A stretch of DNA of 64,000 bases from the human T2T-CHM13v2.0 reference genome, Homo sapiens, in NCBI RefSeq assembly GCF_009914755.1, contig NC_060946.1; one strand, 5' to 3'. Each line of letters begins with the position of its first letter. The first letter of the stretch is position 1. Below are positions 35,953 to 49,383 of the stretch, piece by piece. The notes beneath the pieces are model-generated. The model worked only from the letters and a program-made list of their open reading frames with translations, made no database searches and was not told the origin of the DNA. A program made the position numbers and the translations under genes.

Positions 35953-36844
35953 TCTAGAAAAGCAGCCTGACGTGTGCTTTTTTTCCTATTGGAATAATTT
36001 CTCTTGGACCCCAGCTCAGCCTCTCATTAGCTGCCTGGTTTTGAACAGTCTCCCTGAACCTCAGTTTCCCCTTCTGTAAGTGGGGCTGTTAGGAGGACTA
36101 AGTGAAACTCTGCTTCACTGTGTCTGTCCACCCTTCCCTGTGTCCAAGGAGAGCTTGTACGTTTCTTCTGCTCTGAGACTGTTTGGCTGAACACAATTCA
36201 ATAAGCATTTATTAAAAACTTATAATGTGTGAGATGCTGCCCTTAATGATGTGAGAATAAAAGGATGAATCAGGCTCGGTCCCCACTCAAAAGAGCTCAC
36301 ATGCTAATGGGGGTGACGAGGCATGTGTCCAAAATATGAAGCAGGAAGTAACACCGGCTACGGAGGAAGTAATCATGGTGAAGGCCATTATGTGTGAAGC
36401 ACTTCGCAGTTTATTTTAATCCTCCCAACAACTCCACGAGGCAGCTACTATTGTAACACCCACTTTTACAGGCCAAGAAACTGAGGCTTAAAGAGAGGAC
36501 CAGTTACCCACAGCACAAGAGCCAGGCTTTGGTGCTGTGGGAGCCCAGAGGAGGAGATTCACACCATTAGAAAGGCTGGGAGTAAGTTTTGTGGGGAGAA
36601 GTGTGGACACAGTGCTTTGAAGAATGTGTAGGAGTTTGATGGGTAAATATAGAGAAAAGGGTATCCCTGATAAGAAACCAGCATACACAAGCTCAGAGGA
36701 GGGATAGCCTCTCTTCTTTAGAGACCCGGAAGTGATTTGATTTTGCTGGAATGGAGGTTGAGTGCAGGGCATGGTGGGAATCACGTCCTGGTTGGAGGCC
36801 TTGTTCGCTAGGATAAGGAATTTAGATTTTTAGACTTTATATCT

Positions 36845-37207
<363 letters not shown>

Positions 37208-38899
37208 TGAGCAGGAGGTGGCAGTTTTAGAACAGGGCTAAAATGGTCACAGGTTATATGGGAGAGAGAGGGTGACAGGGAGCCCAGGGACGAAGGGGGC
37301 AGCTATGACAAAGGGTCTGATGAGGGATGATAAAGCAAGTGGGTGGGGAGGGGGGAAGGGGAAAATAGGCACATGTGAGAAGTGTGCTGTTGCTACACAA
37401 AGCTTCCTTGGGCATCAGTTGATCCCTTATGTGTACTTGCTTATTGACTGAGCCCTACCATACCAGGAGTGGGGGAGGGCAGGAGCAGAAGACAGAGGCT
37501 GGGGCAAGTGGACCTCCCAGGGTTCTCACTCCACATGCAGCTCCCCTCGCGACTGGGATATGGTCAGTGGGACATGACCCATTCTGTTGAACAACTCTGC
37601 AGAAGCAGGGAGCAATTGGTTCTTGGGCCGTCTGCTACATTTCCGTGATGGAGGTGGCAGAGCTGGCCCAGCGACCTGAGTCTTCCTGACCCCAGCCTTC
37701 CAGGTGAAGCGTGCCACCCTGCTCACCTCCCACTGCCAAGTTCACTGCCAGCTCAAGGCTCACAGCCTGTGTGTGTCATGCCCAGCACAAACCCTCCCGG
37801 GCTGAAGCCAGTTCCCAGAGGCAAAGTCTGGATGTGGAAAATGCACCAGGCTGCAATCCTGCCACTTGCCACCAGGTGACTTTGGGCACATCCCCTTAGC
37901 CCCTCTGTGGCCTAAATTGGGGCATTAAACACAATCAGGTAGTACAGGTACTGCACCCTCCACCCCCACCTGCCCCATCCTCTCTGGTTAACTTTCCTGG
38001 AGAATCTCAAGATGTTACAGAGACAAGCAAAGCAAGTCACTTTCCATATTCAAAGTCCCAGGCCATTTTAGTACTTCTGTCATTCTGTGGACCCATCAAT
38101 ATCATACCCATTTTAGAGATGGCACAACCAGGACCCAGAGACTTTTCATGACGGCCCAGGGTCAGATATCTAGGTAGTTACGGAGACAGGACTTGAACGC
38201 CAGTCTCTCAGCCAATGGAGCTGACCCCTCAGGTGCCCTCCCAGACCCCTGCGTCCTCTCATGAGGTAGGGAGGCCAGATCTGGGTTGGGGGTGAGGCTG
38301 GCAGACATCCCTGAGGTCCAGGGATCTGGAACTGAGGGACACAGACACAGCATCCCATCCCTTTGCTGTATCACACAACGAGAACATTCTCTTTTAAGCC
38401 TCCTGATATGTGAAGGAGAAAGTCTCTGTTAGGTGCTAATGGGTATTTAACACCTCTCCAAACCTTGCCAATCTCCCTTTTTCACTGAGGGCACACATCT
38501 CAAGCCTTGGCAGGCCACGGTTTCCAGCTGGAATTTAATAACCTTGCTTTGTTTTCACTGTGCTTATTTTAACTCTTACTTTCTATTTATGGCAAGTGAT
38601 ACTGATTTCCCATTTAAGGCAGTGATATAATGATTCTCTAAAAAAACGTGTTTAAGGGGTGGGGAAAGTGGATCTGATATTTTAAAAAATATATTAAGTA
38701 ATAAGTGGTGTGGAGATATGGCCCAGTGAGAAGGCCCGATGTCTGGCCTAGGTCAAGCCCCTCATTTAAAGGTGGGGAGGGAGAATGCAGGCAGGAGACG
38801 CAATGCTCAAGGCACCTGGTGTGTCCCCGTCGGCCGTGGTCTCTGAGACTCGCATGCCTCGAAGACCTCTGGCTACTAAGCCTAGGTGACTCCCCGCCC

Positions 38900-40400
38900 C
38901 TCTGGGCGACACGTGCATGGCCCATGTGCCAGTCCGCAGGGTCCCGTGGGCACCGTGAGCTCGGGAGGGAGGCGGCGGCTGGGACAGGCAGGTTGGACAC
39001 CTGGGAGGGCACCCGGGGACTTCCGCGAAGGAGGAGGGCGCTGGAACCGTGGCGCGCTCGACCTGGCCGGGCGCAAGCCGCTGGAGACCCCGGCCGAGTG
39101 GGCAGGCGGCCGGACCCCATGCGGGTCACCTGCGGCCAGGCCGGGCGTGCGTGTGAGCGCGTGCGCAGACGTCAGCCTCCGAGGCCCGGGCCGCCTTCTG
39201 GGCAAGGTGCGCGCGCCCAGCGGCCCCGGCCCCACGCGCCCGGACACGCGGAACCGCAGACCGCGGCGCCCCGGAGGCCGCGAAAGGGATGGGCGGGGCC
39301 GGGCCGCGGGACCCGCCTCCCATTGGCCGGGCGCCGGGGCGAGGCGGGGCGCCGGGGTGGGGCGGGGCGAGCGGGCTCTGGGGGGCAGACGCTGGCGCTG
39401 GGCGGCGGGAGGCGCGGCTCGCGGGGGGCCGAAGGAGCAGGTGGGCGACGCTCGCAGGGGCGCGGGAGGGTGCCGCTGGGACCGTCATCAGGAGCCTGGG
39501 GTTCTGCCACCTTTCGGAGGGATCAGCGACCTCTTCGCCCTGCGGGTGACAGTGGGGCATCTGCCTGCGAGAGGGGGAAGGAGGGAGAACCCAGGGCCAC
39601 ACACAAAGTTCTCCTCATCTGGGGACAGGAGGAGGTGAAGGAGGAGGAGCCGGGTTGATGCTAACTTGGAGCTGCGAAACCTTGGGGCGGCGTTCAAGGC
39701 CCCCTCCCACACGCGCGCAGAGCAGAGCGCCCTGCTCCTCCTTCAGCTGCTGGCGTCGCCGCGCGGGGAGAAAGAAGCCGTCCCTCCGGCGCTGGGAGAG
39801 CTGCAGAGCCGCGGGCAGAGAAGGAGGCCGCGGCCGAGCCCGGCAGCCCGATACCCCCCATCCGAGCGACCCCCTTTGGGGCAGGCGGAGAAGGTGGCAT
39901 AGGCGACCAGGAGGGTTCGCCCACCTGGGACACGCACCCACAGTCACCTCCAAAGGACCCCCCCTCCCCAAGTCTCTAGGAGCTGCTCCTTCATCACTGG
40001 AGTCGCCCCTACCTCTCTGCCCCCAGCCCGAGAGCCCCAGGCGGGGACCCCCGGATCGGACGTCCCCAAGCCTCCGGGCACCTGGCTCAGCAGGAGGCCC
40101 CCGGCTCGGGGCAGGGCAGGGCCGGCGGCGGCGAGCCGGAGCCCGCCCCCTGCCCGGGCCCCGCCGAGCCCTCGGAGCCCACCCATGGGGCACCTGTCCC
40201 TTGCGCCTCCTTGCCCGGCCGCGCCCAGCCCGGCGTCCCGAGCAGCGCAGGGGAGGATCCCCGCGCAGTGACCCGGGAGCCACCACAGACTCTGGGAGGC
40301 TCGGCGGCTGGAGCAGCAGGCAGCTCCCCGCAGCTCCCGGCGCTTCCAGGCAGCTCTCTGAGCCGTGCCAGAGGCCCGGCCCGCCATTCCCAGGTAGGAG
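38900..40400. promoter_or_regulatory. CpG island promoter of RASD2 (GC boxes, inverted CCAAT, CRE-like and NRF1-like sites)
   Basis: Very high CpG and GC density. GGGCGGGGC boxes at about 39290-39370, ATTGG at 39322-39326, AGACGTCA at 39167-39174, GCGCGTGCGC at 39157-39166. Confidence 0.9.
39730..40393 (+). other. RASD2: RASD2 non-coding exon 1 (5' UTR; start uncertain)
   Basis: Donor CCCAG|GTAGGA at 40393/4 at the 3' edge of the CpG island. Splicing to 45694 gives ...attcccag-ccccgagccATG. Confidence 0.75.
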
Positions 40401-42644
40401 ACGCCCCAACAGAACTGGGCATCTGGGGGAAGTGGAGCAGCCGGGAAGAAAGGGTAGAGGCTTGGAGGAGGAAAGCTCAGTGATTCCTTAGATGACCAGA
40501 GAAAGTGAAATTGATTGAGCACCTACTATGTGCCGGGATCGTCTGGCAACTTTGCATACCTAGAGAGAATTAAATTCGTTGAGCACCTACTGTATGTGTC
40601 AAACTGAGTGCTATACCCTTGACTTAATCCCAGGAAAGAAAGATTTATTGAGCTTCTACTATGTGCTAGTTTTGGTGCCACAGGCTTTGCATTTAAAGAG
40701 CTAGAGTAATAGCCCATTTAAATAGGAGGAAACGGGGGCTCAGGGAAGACGAGTCAACTACCACAAACACTCCTGTCCCTCTTCTGGAGCTGGCTGCAGC
40801 CTGCATTACCTGGAGGTGGGGAAGGAAGATTAAGAAGCTCCTTCGTTATCCAGAGTTCTTGAGCTTTTTCTGGGTTGGTGCAGAGTGAGTTTCCTGGATG
40901 ATTCCCTTCCCAGGAGGGGTTTCCTGTAACTTAGCTGTCTTGGAGGGCCCGGAAGGCAGCTCTGGAGGCCTCTCTGTGCCCTCCCCTCCCCTTGTCCCCA
41001 GCACCAGGAGGATGACAGGGGATGTTGTCCAAGACCTCATGGAAGGTGGGAAGCCAGGCTGGGAGGGAGCAGCCAGGTCAGGAGCCAGTGAATCAAGCCT
41101 CCTGTGGTGTCAGAGACAAGATGGGGTCCCTGCAAGACCTGCGCCTGCATTCCAGTCCAGCCTCACCAGGCTGCTCTAGGCAGCCCCACGACTGCCAAGA
41201 TAAAGTGCCACGAAGAAAAGAACCCAGCATGTGTTCAGGTTTGCTGCGGGTCAAGAGCTGGGTCAGCCTCCAGACTTATTGGAAACCCAGGGCCACACAG
41301 GGGGTTTATGTCTTACCATTAACAGAGGAATAACCTGAGCCCCAGGAAGCCAAGTCATTTGCCCAGGGCTGCCGGGCTGGTGAGAGGCAGAGTTGGCCTG
41401 CCGGAAGTGGATGCCTGCCTACCTTCTACCACCTGAGCTGCCAAGGGTGGTGGGGTTGGCTTTGCCAAGCTCCCGGACTCTCAGAGTGGCAGCTGGAAGC
41501 CAGTGATGGCAATGTGCGTGTCCAAAGAGGCTGAGTGTGCACTGATGGAGGAGGCATGGGGGTGTGGAGGAGGGGCAGTGCAGTGAAACAGGCTCTGGGG
41601 CATACACCGGGAGGACACGTCCAGACTCTTGTCCTGCTGCCTGTGCCCGTGTGACCCCTTCATCTTTCAGGCAGGCCCTGGGAGAGAGGCTCAAGGGAGA
41701 AGTGGTGAATCCACAGGTGCACTTGCTCAGAGGTGGCTGGCAGGGTTAGGGGAGAATCCTGGGAGGTGCCTGCCCCCTTTCCGCTCCGCTGCCTGCAGGG
41801 AGAGAGGGAGTGAGAATATAGTATGTCTCGGCGTCATCCCCCCGCCTGATGCCAGCTGAGGCTTCACTGAGACAGACAGTGTTTTGGAAAAGACCAGTTT
41901 TGGCTGGGGGTGGGTTTTCATAGAGTTAAGAGCCCAGACTTTGAAGCCAAACAGCCTGGTTCTGATCCCAGCCCAGCTAGTCATCTGCTGTGTGAACTGG
42001 GGCAAGTGACTTAACCTCTCTGAGCATCAGTGTCCCCATCAGTCAAGTGGGCTGATGGATGCCTTCCTGGCTGTGGTTACTGTGCCCCCAGGATGGCGTC
42101 CCCTCATCTCTGCTCTGGGAACTTTCTGGCTTCCACCTGTCCTCAGAATGGCCCTGTGATGGGGTCAGTAGTCACAGTATGTGCATTCAGATACCTGTGC
42201 CGCTAGGGGGTCTCTGTTGAATTTCCTGCCTCTCTGAGCCTCCTCTCTCTGATTCCTTACTTCCCCTCTCTGATTCCCTGCCTCCTCTCTCTGACTTCCT
42301 GAAATCCATTCAGTCACTGATATTGGACTCTAAATTCCCAAAGGGCTCTTCAAACTCATCCCTGTCTGCTCCTCGCTGTATGAGGTCAGCCTGGCTGAGG
42401 ATGGAGAAGGGAGAACAGGCTGCAGAGGAGAGATGTGCCTACGAGGGTGCCCATGGTGCCACCTCTGGGGGAAGAGAGGGAAGAAAGATGTGGAGGCAGG
42501 AGGCGGAGCCCACAGAGGCACTGTCCCCTGGCGTCCAGGTGTCCAGATGTCTCACACAGCCCCACGTGGCTCAGGCCATGTGAAGAATCAGTCTTCTCTC
42601 AGAGATAAAAACCACAGAGGATTTTTTTTCTCTTTTTCCCCACC

Positions 42645-42958
42645 CTGATTCCCTGTCTCTTATTTCTGACTCCTTGCCTCCTCTATCTGTCACCTTGCCT
42701 CCTCTCTCTGACTCTTTGCCTCCTCTCTGACTCCCTGCCTCCTCTCTCTGTCTCCCTGCCTCCTCTGTCTGACTCCCTGCCTCCCCTCTCTGTCTCACTG
42801 CCTCCTCTCTCTGACTCTCTGCCTCCTCTCTCTGACTCCCTGCCTCCTCTCTCTGATTCCCTGCCTCTTTGACCCTCTGCCTCCTCTCTTTGACTCCCTG
42901 CCTCCTCTCTCCGATTCTCTGCGTCTTTGACTCCCTGCCTCCTCTCTCTGACTCCCTG
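42645..42958 (+). repeat. 21-bp minisatellite (ctccctgcctcctctctctga)n in RASD2 intron 1; satellite copies at about 42225-42300
   Basis: About 15 diverged copies; the minus-strand translation shows a 7-aa period (EEAGSQR). Confidence 0.9.
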
Positions 42959-45702
42959 AAGCTCATTCAGTCATTGCTATCAACTCGTCTGTACCAAGCT
43001 CTAGGCTGGAGGCTGGGCAGGGCAATGATGGAGACAAATACTGTCCCTGGGAGCTTCTGGCCCCTTTCCCATCCTGTTTAGACAGAAGTGACCGCCAGCA
43101 GAGTCAAGCTGTCTGCAGAAGGACTTGGGGAGGGGGCTGTCATGGGGTAGGGCTTCTTTCCCCCCATCTCTGCTGAAGGCCCAGGCTGGCTGAGACAGCC
43201 CCGGCAGAGACTGAGAAGGGCTCCCTGCTGTGGTCTGGCAGCCCCCTCTCCACCCTCCTCTCTCTCATTTCCTGCCTCCCACACGTATGCCCTGGGCACC
43301 TCATCAGGGCTGCCCTAGGGGAGGGCCCTCCTTGGCACAGCCCCTGGGCCAGTCAGGTGGTTGAGGCTGAGGAGAGAAGGTCCCAGAGTGGGGCTTCAGG
43401 CAAACCCAAAGACAGAGCCCTTTGCCATTTGATGAATGCACAGACCCTTTATTGAGCCCCTGCTCTGTTCATGGCATGGCAGTTTTGTGGGATAAATTCA
43501 AAGACAGCTTTAGGTGGGAGCTGGGTGGGGGATGTGGGGGTCTTAGGCTTGAACTACTACCCAGCCTCCTTTGTTAACCAAGTAGCTAGTCACGTAGCCT
43601 TCTGAGCTCGGGGCAGACCACCTGGGATCAAACCTCTCCTCTGCTGGTTACTGGCTGTGCAACTGTAAGCAAGTAATTTAACCTCTCTGTGCCTCAGTTT
43701 CCTCATCTGTAAATTGGAGAATAACACCACCTGCTTTCTGGGGTTATGAAGGGAGAAATAGGTTAACATGTGTGCAGCACTTAGAACACTCTGGCATATT
43801 TTAGCTGCAAAATGAATGCCAGCTATGATTATTTCTATACTTAGTGCGGGGCTTGGCACACTGCATGGGCTCAAGTGGCAGCAGTTGTCGTCCTTGTGGC
43901 TCCAGGCCTGGGGTCCGCCGTGTGCTGAGCTGGCTTATTGTGCACGTCCCTTTGTGATTCATTCATCGAAGTCACATTAGTAGCTTAGAAGTGACCGTAG
44001 TGGGAGCATTTACGCCATGGAAATTGGCAATAGGGCTTTTAACAAAGGTATTTTTGAGAGCCGGTTTCCTGCACAGAGGCTGGTAGTTGGGCAGGGTGAG
44101 CAGATCCAGATGTGTGCCAGGGACTCGCACGCAGGCAATCTCTCCACCTCCAGTGGCCATCTCAGACCTTAGCTTCATGATAGCCAGGAAGCGATGGTGT
44201 TGGAAAGCGCCTTGGGTCAATGGGCGAGGCACTCAAGGAAACCGACTTGGGGCATCCTGGGGTGGGGACCGAGTTTGGGCACATACAGCCCTTTGTGTGA
44301 ATTTAAAAACAGTGCCTTTTCCTCTACACAAGATGCCCTTTCGTCTGGGATACAGCCCCCACCTCTGGGATGCAGCCCCCACTTGCCCACCCAGCCATGC
44401 GCCTTGTGCAGTATCCAACCTGCACAACCTGTGGCAGCCTGTGGAAGACCTAGGGGATTGATATTTCAGCAGGCCTGTGCCCATTTGCAGTTCAGGGGCT
44501 GGAAAGCTCTCCTCTGGAGAGGGGAGGGATTCCTGCAAGGGTGAGGAGATCAGAGAGGCCTTCAGAGAGCAGGTGGCACTTGAGCCAGACCCTGAAACAT
44601 AAGGGGAAGAGGGTGTTCTGCAGAGGGGTGGCATGAGCAAAGGAGTGGAGGCTGATCTCAGCAGAGCTCAAACTGACGAGGGTGACTGGGGTCAGGGGTT
44701 CTGGGGCGGGGATTCTGGTGGGCGCTAAGGTAGGAAAGGAGGGAGGGCTGGGCTGTGAAGAGCCTTTGGGGTGAGCCTGGTGGAGCCTGCGGGTTTGCTT
44801 ATACAAGAGCTTGGATCCATGTCGGCCTCTTTCATGAGGTCAAGAGGCTCCCATAGAAAGCTCTGGGTTTGCCCCAGAACCATAACCCTTGGAGTTGGGA
44901 GGGAAGCTTGAGCCAGCCATGGGTCGTTCCCCATTCCACATCCTCTACTCCGGGCCTCTGGGTCTCCTGGAGGCAAGTAAACACCTAGGGCCTGGGAGGC
45001 AAAAATATCCGGGCAGGTCATGGAGCGGAGGGAGCCCGCCAGATGCAGAGCACAGGTCTAAAGGTGGGTCCTCCTGAGGTGGCTGCAGGAGCAACCCCAG
45101 GCATTGGGCTTGGAGCATGCGGTGTGGACATAGCCTTCCCTTCTTCCCAGGAGGGCTGAATGGCCACAGAACCACCCCCTGCCCCAGGCTTAAGAAATGC
45201 ATGCTAGTGCCTTCCCCATGTCTTATCCTAGAATCACAGGCTCCGGGAAAGCCAGATGGATGAACCAGGGAAAGAACGGATTCTCACCATAGATACCATT
45301 TTTGAGATTTCACCATGTGCTGAGCCCTTTGCAACAACTCTATGAATTGGGCTCATTTTGCAGATGAGAAAAGTGACTTCTAGAGAGGTTAAGCTACTAG
45401 CCCAAGATCAGTAGCTAGAGGCAAGGCAAGGATTCAAATCCCAGGAGTCCGGTGCTTGCATAAATGAAAGGATGAATGAACGGATATTGAGTGAGTGAGT
45501 GGATGAAGGAAGGAGTAAAGGAGAGGGCATGAATGAATGAGAGGGTAGAACTCCAAGACCCCTTAGAACCTCGTCTGATGTTCCCATTTTACAGACAGAA
45601 AACTGAGTCCTAGACAGAGGCCTAGAGGAGGCCAAGAGGTGGTGGGGCCAGGTCGGGGGGGCCCTGATGCCTGCTTCTCTCGCTTTGTTGCAGCCCCGAG
45701 CC

Positions 45703-45973
45703 ATGATGAAGACTTTGTCCAGCGGGAACTGCACGCTCAGTGTGCCCGCCAAAAACTCATACCGCATGGTGGTGCTGGGTGCCTCTCGGGTGGGCAAGAG
45801 CTCCATCGTGTCTCGCTTCCTCAATGGCCGCTTTGAGGACCAGTACACACCCACCATCGAGGACTTCCACCGTAAGGTATACAACATCCGCGGCGACATG
45901 TACCAGCTCGACATCCTGGATACCTCTGGCAACCACCCCTTCCCCGCCATGCGCAGGCTGTCCATCCTCACAG
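45703..45973 (+). CDS. RASD2: RASD2 (Rhes, Ras-family small GTPase) first coding exon, codons 1-91 (phase-1 donor)
   Basis: Translates to MMKTLSSGNCTLSVPAKNSYRMVVLGASRVGKS...YTPTIEDF...LDILDTSGNHPFPAMRRLSILT, with G1, G2 and G3 boxes. Acceptor ttgttgcag ends at 45693, ATG context is gccATGa, and the donor is ACAG|GTGAGG at 45973/4. Confidence 0.98.
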
Positions 45974-46462
45974 GTGAGGCCCACTGGTGCCTGGGCTGGG
46001 GCGGCAGGGCCAGGGCATGGGTGCGGAGTGTGCTGGGCACTTGGCAGTTTGCATAGACTTGCATAGCCATCGTCTGAGACAGGCGTCATCCCTGCACAAT
46101 GAGGCTCAGAGAGGTTTTGCCATGTGCTGGAAATAGTGATGAAGTCGGGGGCCCCGATTCCATTCTGTTAGACTCCAGATCGATTACTCATGGCTGTCGG
46201 GGCCGCCTTCCAGATCAGGAGCTGATACCAGCATGCCCCAGGGATATTCCTTTCTAGGGAACAGAATGATGCCCTGGCTGCTGCTTTCCTTCTCCGGAAG
46301 ATGACCCACCAGAGCTCCAGGGCCCAAGGTCAGTCCACGGGGCTCAGGTCTCCCACACCCCAGGCCTTTGCCACCTCCTAGAGAGGTAAGGGCAGGACCC
46401 AGGCAGTGATCACCAAAGGGAAGGGGGCTTGGTCATGGTCATAGTGATGGTGATGGCACTAG

Positions 46463-46805
<343 letters not shown>

Positions 46806-48684
46806 CAGCATGTAGTTATTTAACCCTCACAGTAAATAGTTATTCATTCCCTTTTTACAAGTGGGGAAACTGAAGCCCAGAGAGGTTAAGTAACTCACTC
46901 CAGTGGTAGCACAGCTCGTAAAGGCAGTCTGCTTTTGTGCTTTCAGACAAAGCCATACCACAGCCTCTCAGCCCTGCTGGGAAGGGTGAGGAGGGACAGG
47001 GAGGTTGGGGGGAAGAAGGGGTGAGTGGAGCTGAGGGGCTGTGCCCTTGTTTACACTGCATTAGCATGGTAGCTAAGAGGACAAGCCCGGGACCCAGCAC
47101 CTGGGTGTGAGCCCTGGTTCCGCTGCTTCCTGGCTTTGTACCTCGAGGCAAGGGATTTTATCTCCTTGTGTCTCAGCACTCTCATCTGTAAGACTGCACC
47201 ACATCAACACTCATCCTAAAGGGACTGTGAGACTTAAATGAATGAATATATGTAAGGCGCTTGGTGAGCAGATAGTAAATGCACAATAAATCCCCAAGTC
47301 TTCTGTTGAGTCAGCATTTGCAAGTGGGCCTGCTACGGGTTACACGATCATTTCCCAAGTCACGCCCCTGAAGTTGCTGAGCAGGGATAAGGGAAGGAGT
47401 GAGCAGGCAACTCTCTAGGCATCATTCAGATAACCCCCCAACTGAGGTACTTCTATACAGAGAAACCCATGCCACTCCCAGCCCTGCTGCCGCCTTGAGG
47501 CCAAGACTGAGGCTGCGGGGTGGCCCCTCCTTGAGTGCTTTCTCTTCCAGGCTGGCTTTTCCGAGCATCTGACCCAGACAGCAGTCAAGTTCTCCGCTCC
47601 ACCCCGAGTTTTGGAGAAGGGGCATGTAGATAGGAGAGCCCTGGGTCGACCTGTGTTCGAATCCTTGCTGGGCCTCTTGGCTTAAATGTGTGACCAGAGG
47701 CACATGCATCCTGTCTGAGTCTCAGCCTCCCCAGCCACACAGTGGGCTTAACCTCATACCCCGCAGGGAGGCTGTGAGGACTGCAAGAAGGCTTGTGGCG
47801 GGAGCTTCCAGCACGTGACGGGTATTGCATTGGTGTCAGCTCCCCCAGCCTTGGGGAGGGGACTGGGTACCCGCTGCAATGAATAAGGCTAATGACAGAG
47901 GGAAGGAGAGGGGAGATGTAGAGAGGAAGCACATGCATATTTTCAGCATTAATTTTCAGTGACACAAGTAATACCCAAACACACCCTCCTGCAAACGCTA
48001 CAGATAAAGCTAATGCCCCTTTGACCCATGTCCCCAATCCCAGGCTCCTGCCCCTGCCCCGGAGGTGGCCACCCTGGCAGTCTGGCATGGAGCCTTCCGG
48101 GCCTCCGTGACTACACCGGCATTCGTATTTGTATCCCCACAATGGAGAGTATTTTTGTCTGTCTCTTTTTTATGGCGCATATCATTCTGAGCACAGCTGT
48201 CTGATGCTTGTTTTTTTTTCACACACCAACCCGTGCCTCATTTTCCAACCTGGTGGAACCTCATTTTTTCAACCTCATTTTCCTGCTGCTCAGGAAATTC
48301 TGAAAGCCATTAATTCCACTGCCAGCTCTTCTTCCAGCTGCCAGACGGGCCGATCTCTGATGCTTGGCATCGCAGTCTCGCATTTGAATATGTCAAGGCC
48401 ACGAGTCCTCAGGGGCCCCGGATTAGCCTAACGGGATGGGGTTTGGCAGCCCAAGCAGGAAGAGTTGCCAAGCTGACGCTGCCTCGCAAGTGCCTTTCAG
48501 AAGAGCCCACACTGCAGTTCCCTCCATCACCTCCCATCCATTCAGGCTGCCTTGGTTAACACTGACTGTGTGCCAGGCCCTGGGGAGACCAGGACGAGTG
48601 GGTGATGGAACCCTTCTCTGTGCCCGAGCTGTTTGGAGCACACCTTTGATCTGGACACCATTCTGAATGTGCCATGTGCCATTA

Positions 48685-49383
<699 letters not shown>

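Noticed and set aside
38638-40522. Many 110-317 aa ORFs on both strands of the CpG island
   Set aside because: GC-rich, stop-poor artefacts rich in R/G/P/A. The 278-aa ORF at 39655 is out of frame with RASD2 after splicing.
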